This document shows, piece after piece, positions 20,962 through 35,600 of a DNA stretch of 63,089 bases. A program made the position numbers and the translations under genes. How positions within the stretch are numbered: the stretch's first letter is position 1; every line of letters begins with the position of its first letter. Source of the stretch: Nemertoderma westbladi (Eukaryota > Animalia > Xenacoelomorpha); NCBI GenBank assembly GCA_032718475.1, contig JAUCBJ010002818.1, positions 1 to 63,089 of the forward strand, in the 5' to 3' direction. Below the pieces are notes generated by a model, which was not told the origin of the DNA, ran no database searches, and worked only from the letters and a program-made list of their open reading frames with translations.

Positions 20962-22253
20962 CAAGAAAGGCATTTCCTAAAGGAAATGCAACCACGAAGC
21001 TAAGGAAAATTAAACAAACTTTCATTCATCAGTTCATTGCTTTACAGAGTTAAGAGGCATATGCCTTTAAAACTCATATTACCATGGCAACCGGAGTTTT
21101 CTAGAACTGCATATTACCATGGCAACCGGAGTTTTCTAGAACTGCTGAGGTTTACATTAAGATCCGGTTTGTGGTTCCAGGTGACACATACTTCAATTCA
21201 GTTTCATTGAGTAGTTAATGTGCAAAACTAAGGATTTAATTGTTAAAACGTCTGTTTGTAGTGGTTGTCATGGAAACTGAAAAATGGAACAATTTAAATT
21301 GGATGCGGAATTAGTGATATAGTGGGGGTAGGGATTGGTCCCAAGTCGTAATACCTTAAAGTTATGCTTCAAATAACCATTTTATAAATTTGAACATCTG
21401 TTTAGCATGGTTGCCCTGGTAACTGAATTTTTTAATTATCCTCAATGAGCTCCACTATTGTCCTTATCATTGAGTTGAGAAACCCCAAGTTTATATCTAT
21501 TGCGGTTATTCTATAAATAGAGTTATGAATATAGACTTGAATTATATAATCTGTAATAAACTCCAGTTACCACGGTAACTAGATATTTCTGGAATGTTTT
21601 GAGTTTCACTAAAAGTTCCAACTAGTGGTCTAGTTAACACATTCCCAGTTTCGTAAAATTTTATCGCGAAGTCTATGTCCAAATGAGTTATTTTTGTATA
21701 AAAACATCTGTTTTCAGCGGTTGTTATGGTAACTGCAAAATTAAACAATGAAATTCGGACGCAGAATAAGTTATATAGTGGGGGTAGGGGATGGTCCCAA
21801 GACATAACACCTTAACCTTAGGCTTCAAATTAACATTTTATAAATTTTAATATCTGTTTAGCCCGGTTGCCAAGGTAACTGGATTTTCTATTCAACCTCA
21901 ATCGGCTCTGCTGCGGACCTTATAGTTGAGATGAGAAACCCCAAGTTTATATCTATTATAGTTTTCCTACAAATAGAGTTATAAATATTGACTTGAAATA
22001 CATAGACTTTTTTCTAAGTACGTTGCCATGGAAACCAGATTTTTCCTGGATATGAGACCCATCCCACACGACGCGCCTTGATGAGTAGTATATACATGCA
22101 AAATTTCAGGGTACTTTTAAAGGCTAGTTTTTTCACCGGTCAAAAAACACTAAATCTGCCTCACACAAGTAAAATAGCCCACTATGAATAGACCATCTCA
22201 GCTAAGGAAAATCTTTCTTAGCGAAAGTAGTTGATTTTCCTTAACTTCGTGGA
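20962..22253 (-). mobile_element. non-autonomous Helitron-like element, copy 3 (variant 3' region)
   Basis: TC...CTTG ends, A|T site, 2 bp from copy 2. Confidence 0.8.
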
Positions 22254-22261
22254 TAAGTTAA

Positions 22262-23528
22262 CTAGAAAGGCATTTCCTAAAGGAAATGCAACCACGAAGC
22301 TAAGGAAAATTAAACAAACGGCCACAATTTGGTTCGTTGCTTAGCCTAGTTTAGTAGCATTTGCCAATAAATAACTTCTATTCCCATGGAAACTAGAGTT
22401 CTCTGGAACTGTTGGTTTTACCTTTGAAAAAAGATTCAGTCCAGATTGTTTTTCAGATAACACATCGAGTTTCAGAAAATATTGTAGTTTATGTCCAAAT
22501 TACAGATTTTCTATCAAAATGCATCTGTTTGCAGTGGTTGTCATGGAAACTGAAAAATAGAACAATGTAATTCGGATGCAGAATAAGTCATATAGTGGGG
22601 GTAGGTGTTGGTCCCAAGTCATAATACTATTAAATTGTGCTTCAAATTATCATTTTATTAATTTTAACATCTGTTTACTCTTGTTGCTATGGTAAATGGA
22701 TTTTCTAATTAACTTCGAACGGCTTGTATATGGACCTTATAGATGAGTTGCAAAACCCCAAGTTTATATATATTACAGTTTTTCTCCAAATAGAGTTATG
22801 ATTATAGACTTGAATGATATATAACTTTAAAAAAACTACAGTTACCATGGTAACTAGATATTTCTGGAATGTTTTGAGTTTCACTAAAAGTTCCAACTAG
22901 TGGTCCAGATAACACATACCTAGTTTCGTAAAATTTTATCGTGAAGTCTATGTCCAAATGAATAATTGTTGTATAAAAACATCTGTTTTCAGCGGTTGTC
23001 ATGGTAACTGCAAAATAGAACAATCAAATTCGGACGCAGAATAAGTTATATAGTGGGGGTAGGGATTGGTCCCAAGTCATCACACCTTAACCTTAGGCTT
23101 CAAATTAACATTTTAAAAATTTTAACATCTGTTTAGCCCGGTTGCCAAGGTAACTGGATTTTCTATTTAACCTCAATTGGCTCTGCTATGGACCTTATAG
23201 TTGTGTTGAGAAACCCCAAGTTTATATGTATTATAGTTTTCCTACAAATAGAGTTAGAAATATTGACTTGAAATACATAGACTTTTTTCTAAGTCCGTTG
23301 CCATGGAAACCAGATTTTTCCTGGATATGAGACCCATCCCACACGACGCGCCTTGATGAGTTGTATATACATGCAAAATTTCAGGGTACTTTTAAAGGCT
23401 AGTTTTTTCACCTATCAAAAAACACTAAATCTGCTCCATACAAGTAAAACAGCCCACTATGAATAGACCATCTCAGCTAAGGAAAATCTTTCTTAGCGAA
23501 AGTAGTTGATTTTCCTTAGCTTCGTGGA
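22262..23528 (-). mobile_element. non-autonomous Helitron-like element, copy 4
   Basis: TC...CTAG ends, A|T site. Near-identical to copy 9. Confidence 0.8.
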
Positions 23529-23946
23529 TATTGTTTCTATAGGGTGATGTTTGGTTTTAAACATATACGAGAAAGGCATTTCCTAAAGGAAATGCAACCA
23601 CGAAGCTAAGGAAAATTAAACAAACGGCCACACTTTGGTTCGTTGCTTGCTTAGCCTCGTTTAGTAGCAATTGTCAATAATTAACTTCTATTCCCATGGA
23701 AACTAGAGTTCGATGGAACTGTTGCTTTAACCTTTGAAAAAAAATTCAGTACAGATTGTGGTTCAGATAACACATGTACTGAGTTTCAGAAAATATTGTA
23801 GTTTATGTCCAAATTACCGATTTTCTATCAAAATGCATCTGTTTTCAGTGGTTGTCATCGAAACTTAAAAATAGAACAATGTAATTTGGATGCAGAATAA
23901 GTCATATAGTGGGGGTAGGGGTTAGTCCCAAGTCATAATACTATTA

Positions 23947-25213
23947 CGAGAAAGGCATTTCCTAAAGGAAATGCAACCACGAAGCTAAGGAAAATTAAAC
24001 ATGACGGCCACACTTTGGTTCGTTGCTTAGCCTCATTAAGTAGCAATTGTCAATAATTAACTTCTATTCTCATGGAAACTAGAGTTCTCTGGAACTGTTG
24101 CTTTAACCTTTGAAAAAAGTTCAGTAGAGATTGTGGTTCAGATAACACATATACTGAGTTTCAGAAAATATTGTAGTTTATGTCCCAATTACCAATTTTC
24201 TATCAAAATGCATCTGTTTGCAGTGGTTGTCATGGAAACTGGAAAATAGAACAATGTAATTCGGATGCAGAATAAGTCATATAGTGGGGGTAGGTGTTGG
24301 TCCCAAGTCATAATACTATTAAATTGTGCTTCAAATTATCATTTTATTAATTTTAACATCTGTTTACTCTTGTTGCTATGGTAAATGGATTTTCTAATTA
24401 ACTTCGAACGGCTTGTATATGGACCTTATAGATGAGTTACAAAACCCCAAGTTTATATATATTACAGTTTTGCTAGAAATAGAGTTATCAATATAGACTT
24501 GAATGATATAGAGTTTAATAAACTACAGTTACCATGGTAACTAAATTTCTGGAATGATTTAAGTTTCACTAAAAGTTCCAACTAGTGGTGCAGATAACAC
24601 ATACCCAGTTTTGTAAAATTTTATCGCGAAGTCTATGTCCAAATGAATAATTTTTGTATAAAAACATCTGTTTTCGGCTGTTGTCATGGTAACTGAAAAA
24701 TAGAACAATGTAATTCGGATGCAGAATAAGTTATATAGTGGGGGTAGGGGTTGGTCTCAAGTCATAACACCTTGCCCTTAGGCCTCAAATTATCATTTTA
24801 TAAATTTTAACATCTGTTTATCCCGGTTGCCAACGTAACTGGATTTTCTATTTAGCCTCAATCGGATCTGCTATGGACCTTATAGTTGTGTTGCAAAACC
24901 CCAAGTTTAAATCTATTATAGTTTTCCTACAAATAGAGTTATAAATATTGACTTGAAATACATAGACTTTTTTTGAAGTCCGTTGCCATGGAAACCAGAT
25001 TTTTCCTGGATATGAGACCCGGCCCAAAAGATGCGCCTCGCCGAGTAGTATATACATGCAAAATTTCAGGGTACTTTTAAAGGCTAGTTTTTTCGCCTAT
25101 CAAAAAACCCCAAATCTGCCTCACACAAGTAAAATAGCCCACTATGAATAGACCATCTCAGCTAAGGAAAATCTTTCTTAGCGAAAGTAGTTGATTTTCC
25201 TTAGCTTCGTGGA
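23947..25213 (-). mobile_element. Helitron-like copy 6, nested in copy 5
   Basis: Junction ctatta|element|tcttgtg, TC...CTCG ends. Confidence 0.8.
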
Positions 25214-25379
25214 TCTTGTGCTTCAAATTATCATTTTATAAATTTTAACATCTGTTTAGACTTGTTGCTATGGTAACTGTATTTTCTAATTAACCTCAAA
25301 CGGCTTGGATATGGATCTTATAGATGAGTTGCAAAACCCCAAGTTTATATATATTACAGTTTTGCTACAAATAGAGTTA

Positions 25380-26646
25380 CTAGAAAGGCATTTCCTAAAG
25401 GAAATGCAACCACGAAGCTAAGGAAAATTAAACAAAGGGCCACACTTTGGTTTGTTGCTTAGCCTAGTCTAGTAGCATTTGCCAATAAATAACTTATATT
25501 CCCATGGAAACTAGAATTCTCTGGAACTGTTGGTTTTACCTTTGAAAAAAGATTCAGTCCAGATTGTGGTTCAGATAACACATACCGAGTTTCAGAAAAT
25601 ATTGTAGTTTATGTCCAAATTACCGATTTCCTATCAAAATGCATCTGTTTGCAGTGGTTGTCATGGAAACTGAAAAATAGAACAATGTAATTCGGATGCA
25701 GAATAAGTCATATAGTGGGGGTAGGTGTTGGTCCCAAGTCATAATACTATTAACTTGTGCTTCAAATTATCATTTTATAAATTTTTACATCTGTTTAGCC
25801 TGGTTGCCATGGTATCAGAATTTTTTAATTTACCTCAATCTGCTCGGCTATGGCCCTTATAGTTGAGTTGAGAAACTCCAAGTTTATATATATTGCGGTT
25901 TTTCTACAAATAGAGTTATGAATATAGACTGGAATGATATAGAATTTATTAATATACAGTTACCAAGGTAACTATATATTTCTGGAATGATTTGAGTTTC
26001 ACTAAAAGTTCCAACTAGTGGTCCAGATAACACATTCCCAGTTTCGTAAAATTTTATCGCAAAGTCTATATCCAAATGAGTAATTTTTGTATAAAAACAT
26101 ATGTTTTCAGCGGTTGTCATGGTAACTGCAAAATTAAACAATAAAATTCGGACGCAGAATAAGTCATATAGTGGGGGTAGGGGTTGGTCCCAAGACATAA
26201 CACCTTAACCTTAGGCTTCAAATTAACATTTTATAAATTTTAACATCTGTTTAGCCCGGTTGCCAAGGTAACTGGATTTTCTATTTAACCTCAATCGGCT
26301 CTGCTATGCACCTTATAGTTGAGTGGAGAAACCCCATGTATATATCTATTATAGTTTTCCTAGAAATAGAGTTATAAATATTGACTTGAAATACATAGAC
26401 TTTTTTCTAAGTCCGTTGCCATGGAAACCAGATTTTTCCTGGATATGAGACCCAGCCCACACGACGCGCCTTGATGAGTAGTATATACATGCAAAATTTC
26501 AGGGTACTTTTAAAGGCTAGTTTTTTCACCGGTCAAAAAACACTAAATCTGCTCCATACAAGTAAAATAGCCCACTATGAATAGACCATCTCAGCTAAGG
26601 AAAATCTTTCTTAGCGAAAGTAGTTGATTTTCCTTAGCTTCGTGGA
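25380..26646 (-). mobile_element. Helitron-like copy 7, nested in copy 5
   Basis: Junction gagtta|element|tcaata; the empty site gagttatcaata is seen at ~28171. Confidence 0.8.
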
Positions 26647-27635
26647 TCAATATAGATTTGAATGATATAGAGTTTAATAAACTACAGTTACCATGGTAAC
26701 TAAATTTCTGGAATAATTTAAGTTTCACTAAAAGTTCCAACTAGTGGTCCAGATAACACATACCCAGTTTTGAAAAATTTTATCGTGAAGTCTATGTCCA
26801 AATGAATAAGTTTTGAATAAAAACATCTGATTCGGATGCAGAATAAGTTATATAGTGGGGGTAGGGGTTGGTCCCAAGTCATAACACCTTAACCTTAGGC
26901 TTCAAATTAACATTTTATAAATTTTAACATCTGTTTAGCCCGGTTGCCAGGGTAACTGGATTTTCTATTCAACCTCAATCGGCTCTGCTGCGGACCTTAT
27001 AGTTGAGTTGAGAAACCCCAAGTTTATATCTATTATAGTTTTCCTACAAATAGAGTTATAAATATTGACTTGAAATACAAAGACTTTTTTCTAAGTCCGT
27101 TGCCATGGAAACCAGATTTTTCCTGGATATGAGACCCATCCCACACGACGCGCCTTGATGAGTAGTATATACATGCAAAATTTCAGGGTACTTTTAAAGG
27201 CTAGTTTTTTCACCGGTCAAAAAACACTAAATCTGCCTCACACAAGTAAAATAGCCCACTATGAATAGACCATCTCAGCTAAGGAAAATCTTTCTTAGCG
27301 AAAGTAGTTGATTTTCCTTAGCTTCGTGGATACTGTAAGATTATTTTTTTTTTTACTAAAAAAATAGCTGATTACAACAATCTCACATTTACTGAAGAAA
27401 TTTCATATTTTTGAATAAATACTGTATAACAGTACTTACTCAGTTTTAAGGCTTACATTTTAATTTTCACATTTTTTTACTCAAAATAGATAGATAGACA
27501 GTTTGTTGTCAAAGAATAGTTGAGGAATGTCTCGCAAAGTTTATTCATGGAATTTTTCAGTGAATCTAATTTCGCAATAAAAAAATGTCAAATTAATAGT
27601 GCTAAAACCCAGCATCACTCTGTAGAACCAATATA

Positions 27636-28902
27636 CGAGAAAGGCATTTCCTAAAGGAAATGCAACCACGAAGCTAAGGAAAATTAAACAAACGGCCACA
27701 CTTTGGTTCGTTGCTTAGCCTCGTTTAGTAGCAATTGTCAATAAATAACTTATATTCCCATGGAAACTAGAATTCTCTGGAACTGTTGCTTTAACCTTTG
27801 AAAAAAAATTCAGTACAGATTGTGGTTCAGATAACACATATACTGAGTTTCAGAAAATATTGTAGTTTATGTCCAAATTACCGATTTTCTATCAAAATGC
27901 ATCTGTTTGCAGTGGTTGTCATGGAAACTGAAAAATAGAACAATGTAATTCGGATGCAGAATAAGTCATATAGTGGGGGTAGGTGTTGGTCCCAAGTCAT
28001 AATACTATTAACTTGTGCTTCAAATTATCATTTTATAAATTTTAACATCTGTTTAGACTTGTTGCTATGGTAACTGTATTTTCTAATTAACCTCAAACGG
28101 CTTGGATATGGATCTTATAGATGAGTTGCAAAACCCCAAGTTTATATATATTACAGTTTTGCTACAAATAGAGTTATCAATATAGATTTGAATGATATAG
28201 AGTTTAATAAATTACAGTTACCATGGTAACTAAATTTCTGGAATAATTTAAGTTTCACTAAAAGTTCAAACTAGTGGTCCAGATAACACATACCCAGTTT
28301 TGTAAAATTTTATCGTAAAGTCTATGTCCAAATGAATAAGTTTTGAATAAAAACATCTGTTTTCAGCGGTTGTCATGGTAACTGAAAAATAGAACAATGT
28401 AATTCGGATGCAGAATAAGTTATATAGTGGGGGTAGGGGTTGGTCCCAAGTCATAACACCTTGCCCTTAGGCCTCAAATTAACATTTTATAAATTTTAAC
28501 ATCTGTTTATCCCGGTTGCCAAGGTAACTGGATTTTCTATTTAGCCTCAATCGGATCTGCTATGGACCTTATAGTTGTGTTGCGAAACCCCAAGTTTATA
28601 TCTATTATAGTTTTCCTACAAATAGAGTTATAAATATTGACTTGAAATACATAGACTTTTTTTGAAGTCCGTTGCCATGGAAACCAGATTTTTCCTGGAT
28701 ATGAGACCCGGCCCAAAAGATGCGCCTCGTCGAGTAGTATATACATGCAAAATTTCAGGGTACTTTTAAAGGCTAGTTTTTTCACCGACCAAAAAACACT
28801 AAATCTGCTCCATACAAGTAAAATAGCCCACTATGAATAGACCATCTCAGCTAAGGAAAATCTTTCTTAGCGAAAGTAGTTGATTTTCCTTAGCTTCGTG
28901 GA
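27636..28902 (-). mobile_element. Helitron-like copy 8
   Basis: TC...CTCG ends, A|T site. Confidence 0.8.
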
Positions 28903-28938
28903 TTATAAAAAATGTAATATTGTTGCCAAATGACCATA

Positions 28939-30205
28939 CGAGAAAGGCATTTCCTAAAGGAAATGCAACCACGAAGCTAAGGAAAATTAAACAAACGGCC
29001 ACAATTTGGTTCGTTGCTTAGCCTAGTTTAGTAGCATTTGCCAATAAATAACTTCTATTCCCATGGAAACTAGAGTTCTCTGGAACTGTTGGTTTTACCT
29101 TTGAAAAAAGATTCAGTCCAGATTTTTTTTCAGATAACACATCGAGTTTCAGAAAATATTGTAGTTTATGTCCAAATTACAGATTTTCTATCAAAATGCA
29201 TCTGTTTGCAGTGGTTGTCATGGAAACTGAAAAATAGAACAATGTAATTCGGATGCAGAATAAGTCATATAGTGGGGGTAGGTGTTGGTCCCAAGTCATA
29301 ATACTATTAAATTGTGCTTCAAATTATCATTTTATTAATTTTAACATCTGTTTACTCTTGTTGCTATGGTAAATGGATTTTCTAAATAACTTCGAATGGC
29401 TTGTATATGGACCTTATAGATGAGTTGCAAAACCCCAAGTTTATATATATTACAGTTTTTCTCCAAATAGAGTTATGATTATAGACTTGAATGATATATA
29501 ACTTTAAAAAAACTACAGTTACCATGGTAACTAGATATTTCTGGAATGTTTTGAGTTTCACTAAAAGTTCCAACTAGTGGTCCAGATAACACATACCTAG
29601 TTTCGTAAAATTTTATCGTGAAGTCTATGTACAAATGAATAATTTTCGTATAAAAACATCTGTTTTCAGCGGTTGTCAAGGTAACTGCAAAATAGAACAA
29701 TCAAATTCGGACGCAGAATAAGTTATATAGTGGGGGTAGGGATTGGTCCCAAGTCATCACACCTTAACCTTAGGCTTCAAATTAACATTTTAAAAATTTT
29801 AACATCTGTTTAGCCCGGTTTCCAAGGTAACTGGATTTTCTATTTAACCTCAATCGGCTCTGCTATGGACCTTATAGTTGTGTTGAGAAACCCCAAGTTT
29901 ATATGTATTATAGTTTTCCTACAAATAGAGTTACAAATATTGACTTGAAATACATAGACTTTTTTCTAAGTCCGTTGCCATGGAAACCAGATTTTTCCTG
30001 GATATGAGACCCATCCCATACGATGCGCCTCGACGAGTAGTATATACATGCAAAATTTCAGGGTACTTTTAAAGGCTAGTTTTTTCCCCGACCAAAAAAC
30101 CCCAAATCTGCCCCATACAAGTAAAATAGCCCACTATGAATAGACCATCTCAGCTAAGGAAAATCTTTCTTAGCGAAAGTAGTTGATTTTCCTTAGCTTC
30201 GTGGA
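28939..30205 (-). mobile_element. Helitron-like copy 9
   Basis: TC...CTCG ends, junction gaccata|element|caagta. Confidence 0.8.
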
Positions 30206-30913
30206 CAAGTAATGGCGGAAATGTTGACTGGCCCAGTTTAGAGCCCACAACTCCAGGTGTGGTGCATCATATTGCTGTTGATCATTGTTTATATGTTTTG
30301 ATGCATAAGCAATAATGAGGTGTAATTTGTTGTCAATGGTGCTAATCTGTGAACGTATGGCGGCAAAACCATTGCCAATTGCATCAGTTTCAAGTACAAA
30401 TTCCTTGTTGAAGTCCGGGTATTGTAAAACCGGTGTAGTGATAAGTCGATTCTTTAGTTCCCAAAATCCTAACCGTGTTTAATTTGTCCAAACAAAAGGC
30501 GTAATTTTTTGGAGTAAATTATATAAAGGTTTTGCGATTTTTCCGTAACCTTCAACGAAACGCCGGTAATAATACGTTAATCCAAGAAAGATTCACACTT
30601 CTTTTATATTTCGAGGTTCAGGGTAATTTATAACTTTTTCGATATTATTGCTGGATCAGGACTAATCCCATTTCGTGAAATAACATGTCCCAGATATTTT
30701 ATTTCTATCTGACTAAACTTATTAATACATTTCTTTTGTTTCAACTTCAGAATTACTTTCTTAATCCGTTGTAAGACAAGTTTCAGATGAATCAGGTGGT
30801 CTGTAAATGTAATTGATTTTACTAATATATCATCAATAAATACATGGAATTGTTTATCTTCTTCAGTTGAAAGGCCGTTCAATAATTTCTCCATAGTTCG
30901 TTGGAAAGTAGCT
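30206..30913 (-). pseudogene. Gypsy RT C-half / RNase H remnant forming the unique centre of the palindrome
   Basis: TFQRTMEKLL...VFIDDILV...IKYLGHVISRNGISPDP followed by RNase H sequence. Confidence 0.85.
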
Positions 30914-31469
30914 ATTTCCACCATTACTTGTATGGTCGTTTGGCAACAATATTAAATTTTTTTATAATATATTGTTTCTACAGAGTGATGCTGGGTTTTA
31001 GCACTATTAATTTGACATTTTTTTATTGCGAAATTAGATTCACTGAAAAATTCCATGAATAAACTTTGCGAGACATTCCTCAACTATTCTTTGACAACAA
31101 ACTGTCTATCTACAGTATCTATTTTGAGTAAAAAATGTGAAAATTAAAATGTAAGCCTTAAAACTGAGTAAGTACTGTTATACAGTATTTATTCAAAAAT
31201 ATGAAATTTCTTCAGTAAATGTGAGACTGTTGTAATCAGCTATTTTTTTAGTAAAAAAAATAATAATCTTACAGTATATATGTTTAAAACCAAACATCAC
31301 CCTATAGAAACAATATTAACTTATATACTATTTACTTAAAATTATTCACAAACTTATTAACTGAAAACAGTAGCATATAGGCAACATTAAATTTAACATT
31401 CATACCACCTGTATCAACCACCCTCCGTGAACGCAGATTAAGATTCAGTGGGCACTGCTGGCGAAGTAA

Positions 31470-32658
31470 AGACGAGGTCAAACTAGATCTACTTCTCTAG
31501 CAACCAACTCTTGGAAAGCGTAGTCATGGATGACCGGCCATAACATATATAGATCAACTTGAAAGGGATGCTGAACTTGGGAGAAACGAAATTGTGACAA
31601 ATATGGAGAATCGGGAAGCCTGGAAGGATCTCATTTCCACTGTCTGAGTTCGCTCAACCAAGTAGTAGTAGTATCACAGATTCGGTACACGAAGTTGAAA
31701 CTGATGGTTATAGCATGCTCGGTGTACTAAATTTAGATTCTTTACATAAGTCAATACCAGAGGGATTGATAATAGACCAATGTACAAAAATTGAGAACAT
31801 TGGATCTATCTTTGAATGATAACAAAAATGAAGAGGAAACAATAATTGAGATAGGAGAAAGTAATGTTTCATTGGTTACTGATGTCAATGAGAGACATAA
31901 TATTATACAGAGCCAGTTGATCTATCAGATACAGACCTAACCATAGAAGAGAAAGAAAAATTGCTTAAGTTACAGCAATTTACTGTATTAAAAGAATACA
32001 ATGAAGTGCTTCAACAATCAGATGATGAGCTTGGTAGAATGGAATTAGCAGAACATTCAATCGATACTGGTACTAATATTGCAATTAAGAGAACACCTCA
32101 CACTCTTTAAAACAGTAATTGCCAATGAAATTGACAAAACGGTGAAATTCAGTATTATACAACCATCACAAAGTCCCTTGTCTTCTCCTGTACTATTAGC
32201 TAAGAAGTCAGATGGCACTCCACACTTTTGTGTCGATTACAGGAAGCTGAACAGTATCACTGTTAAGGATAACTACCCACTACCACATATTGATGATATA
32301 TTAGACGATTTACAACAGCCCTCGAAATATATCTCAACACTTGATTTGGCTACCGGCTATTGACAGATCTCGATGTCATATAGAGATCACTACACCGGTT
32401 TTACAATACCCGCACTTCAACAAAGAATTTGTACTTGAAACTGATGCAAGTGGCAATGGTTTTACCGCCATACTTTCACAGATTAGCACCATTGACAACA
32501 AATTACACCTCATTATTGCTTATGCATCAAAACATATAAACAATGATCAACAGCAATATGATGTACCACACTTGGTGTTGTGGGCTCTAAACTGGGCTTG
32601 TCAACATTTCCACCATTACTTGTATGGTCGTTTGGTAACAATATTAAATTTTTTATAA
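31470..32658 (+). pseudogene. Gypsy pol remnant, mirror copy of 17091-18282
   Basis: ORFs 32079-32363 and 32341-32658 translate identically to the left-arm ORFs. Confidence 0.85.
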
Positions 32659-35600
32659 TATATTGTTTCTACAGAGTGATGCTGGGTTTTAGCACTATTA
32701 ATTTGACATTTTTTTTATTGCGATATTAGATTCACTGAAAAATTCCATGAATAAACTTTGCAAGACATTCCTCAACTATTCTTTGACAACAAACTGTCTA
32801 TCTATCTATTTGGAGTAAAAAATGTGAAAATTAAAATGTAAGCCTTAAAACTGAGTAAGTACTGATATATTTATTTAAAAATATAAAATTTCGTCAGTAA
32901 ATGCGAGACTGTTGTAATCACCTATTTTTTTTATTAAAAAATAATAATCTTACAGTATATATGTTTAAAACCAAACATCACCCTATAGAAACAATATTAA
33001 CTTGTATACTATTTACTTAAAATTCTTCACAAACTTATTAACTGAAAACAGTATCTAGCATATAGGCAACATTAAATTTAACATTTTTTTATTTTATTCA
33101 AAGGTAGATGATTCATTTTCCCTTTGAAGGCGTTTCTAAATTTATTCAGGATAAAGCCACCCAGCGGGAGCAGAGTGTATTTCATCTTTGATAATTGCCA
33201 AATTATTCATTTCTCTAGGTGGTGTAAATAGAACATCTTCCTGTGTGTTGATTATTTATTTTCCAGGACAAATGTACTGTAGTTAACACTTGTATTTCCA
33301 GTTGTAACATACTATTTGTGTATCGATTATGGAATGATCTTATAACCTTATAATCTTATAATATGACTTCATAACCTTATTGAATTAATTATTATTATTA
33401 ACTATTAAAACCTTATTTTATTAACTAAACAAACATGCTAGCTTTTATAATCATAACAATATCTCACTTGATCATAATACATGAAATATATTTCACACAT
33501 TGTCACGCCTACCTTAAGATAGTGCTTCAATGTCTAGCTCAGATTTCTATTAAGTTCTAGAACAATGTCAGTGAATCTACCTTTGACTAAAAAAAAATGT
33601 AAAATTAAACGTTGGATATATGCTAGATACTGTTTTCAGTTAATAAGTTTGTGAAAAATTTTAAGTTAATATTTTTTCTGTAGCGTGATGTTAGGTTTTC
33701 AACATATATACTGTAAGTTTATTATTTTTTACTAAACAAATAGATGATTACGACAGTCTCGCATTTACTGAAGAAATTTCATAAGCCAAAAAAATTCATT
33801 CTTCTTGAAAAGCCATTCATCTTGCCCTCCAATCAATCCCAAGGAGAGAAGTATAGCTGTTCGAAACTGGGTGGCTAAGAACATGTATAAAATATGTTCG
33901 AAATACACAACCAGTATACACTTCTCAATCTGCTTCCCAAAAGAAGGGAATGGAACATCATAACACTAGAAAGGCCAGCAAGATAAACAAACGCAATCAT
34001 CGACGCACCAATTCATTAGATAACCTTCCCTGCACAAAGCCTGTTGCTATTGAAATCGGCTGTGACAGTGAAGCACATAATAATATTAGGCTCAGGCAGC
34101 AGTTTATATATCAAGAACCAAATCCGAGGAATCCCACTATGAATTCCCCGAAGACACAACCAAAGGAAACATCAACAGAGGCAATGAATATGACTCTGAC
34201 AAAACTCAGCAAAGCTATGACATCAGATGAATTCATTTAAGCAGCCAGAGTGGAGAGCATCATGCAAAATCCAAAATAAATTTTTGCTAGGTCCCTAGTG
34301 CCACTTGGCTTAGAAAAAGTCCACAACTTCTACAACTGACATATCTAGAAGCCCATAACTTCTACAACTGACATATCTTCACCATCAGAGACTGATGAGT
34401 ATATAACAGTAGATAATATATCAGACAATCCAAATGAAACTGAAATGAATCCTACTTACTCATACAGCATAAAGGAAAAGAAAGGTGAATCCCTGCAAGG
34501 AAGTCAGGTACCAACAAACATAAGAAAAGACTCTGTAATAATCACAAACACATCAGTGAAATTTCCCTCTACTCTAGAACAAGTCCTCAAAAACAATGAC
34601 ACCTGGCAAGAACCAAAAAGACCTGCCAAACCAACCTTCAAATCAAAGATCCAGATGCAGCACAACATTAAGACTGAAAACAAATATAGTGAACTAGATA
34701 ATGATACCAAAATTGCCATACTTCTACAACAACAGACTGATTTCTTGGTGAATCTAAATAATGTTTCCAAAGAAACTGTCAATCTAAGAAAATCACAAGG
34801 TAGTAGCAAGAATGAACACAACAACTATAAGCAACATCAAACGAAATACGAACTAGAAACCCAACGAAGCACCCCTTCCAACAAACGGAAGCAGTAGAAG
34901 CAGCACAGATATGAAGCGAAATAATAAAGGGTTTGATCTACACTACAAAACCTCTAGGGATTCATACTGGCACAATAACAATAAAGCCAACTATAATCGT
35001 AATCAATATAAATCTATCCCGCAAGATAATATTAGGCATACGGAGTATGTGTGGAACTCTTGGAGACATACCCCAGAACCATCTCGACACTAAAGTCAAA
35101 CATACCAGCAGTATCAGAAGCACAAAGTGAGTAGACACGATTATCCACATTAACACTTCCCAAACCCTCATCTAAAAGACCAATCTGAACATACCTCGTA
35201 CCCCAGTAATGACCCATGTGACATAACCTATGACAACAGGTATTACAATCGATCCAACAGAAGTCATATGGTTAGGAATCGTTTTTAAGCTGGCTCCGAG
35301 TATCACAACTGGAGACCTAAATTTCAAAGATGTCGGAAATACGTGTAATATTTTGCAGAGAAGTGAAATCAGTCACCATAGGCAGCATATGAAGGATGAT
35401 CTGTAACATGACAGCAAATTCTATTAAGTTCTAGAACAATGTCAGTGAATCTACCTTTGACTAAAAAAATTGTAAAATTAAACGTTGGATATATGCTAGA
35501 TACTGTTTTCAGTTAATAAGTTTGTGAAGAATTTTAAGTTAATATTTTTTGTGTAGCATGATGCTTGGTTTTCAACATATATACTGTAAGTTTATTATAT

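Larger units (their letters stand above)
23568..27330 (-). mobile_element. non-autonomous Helitron-like element, copy 5, split by nested copies 6 and 7
   Basis: Pieces 23568-23946, 25214-25379 and 26647-27330 rejoin into one unit. Confidence 0.75.

Noticed and set aside
18913-29700. Recurring short ORFs (MSWDQPLPP...) in the Helitron copies
   Set aside because: Lengths and stops vary between copies and no RepHel motifs are present. These are incidental frames.
18283-30205. CRISPR-like repeat-spacer array or plain tandem satellite
   Set aside because: Repeats are ~1.27 kb with Helitron ends, and the spacers are consecutive pieces of one host sequence. There are no cas genes and the context is eukaryotic.
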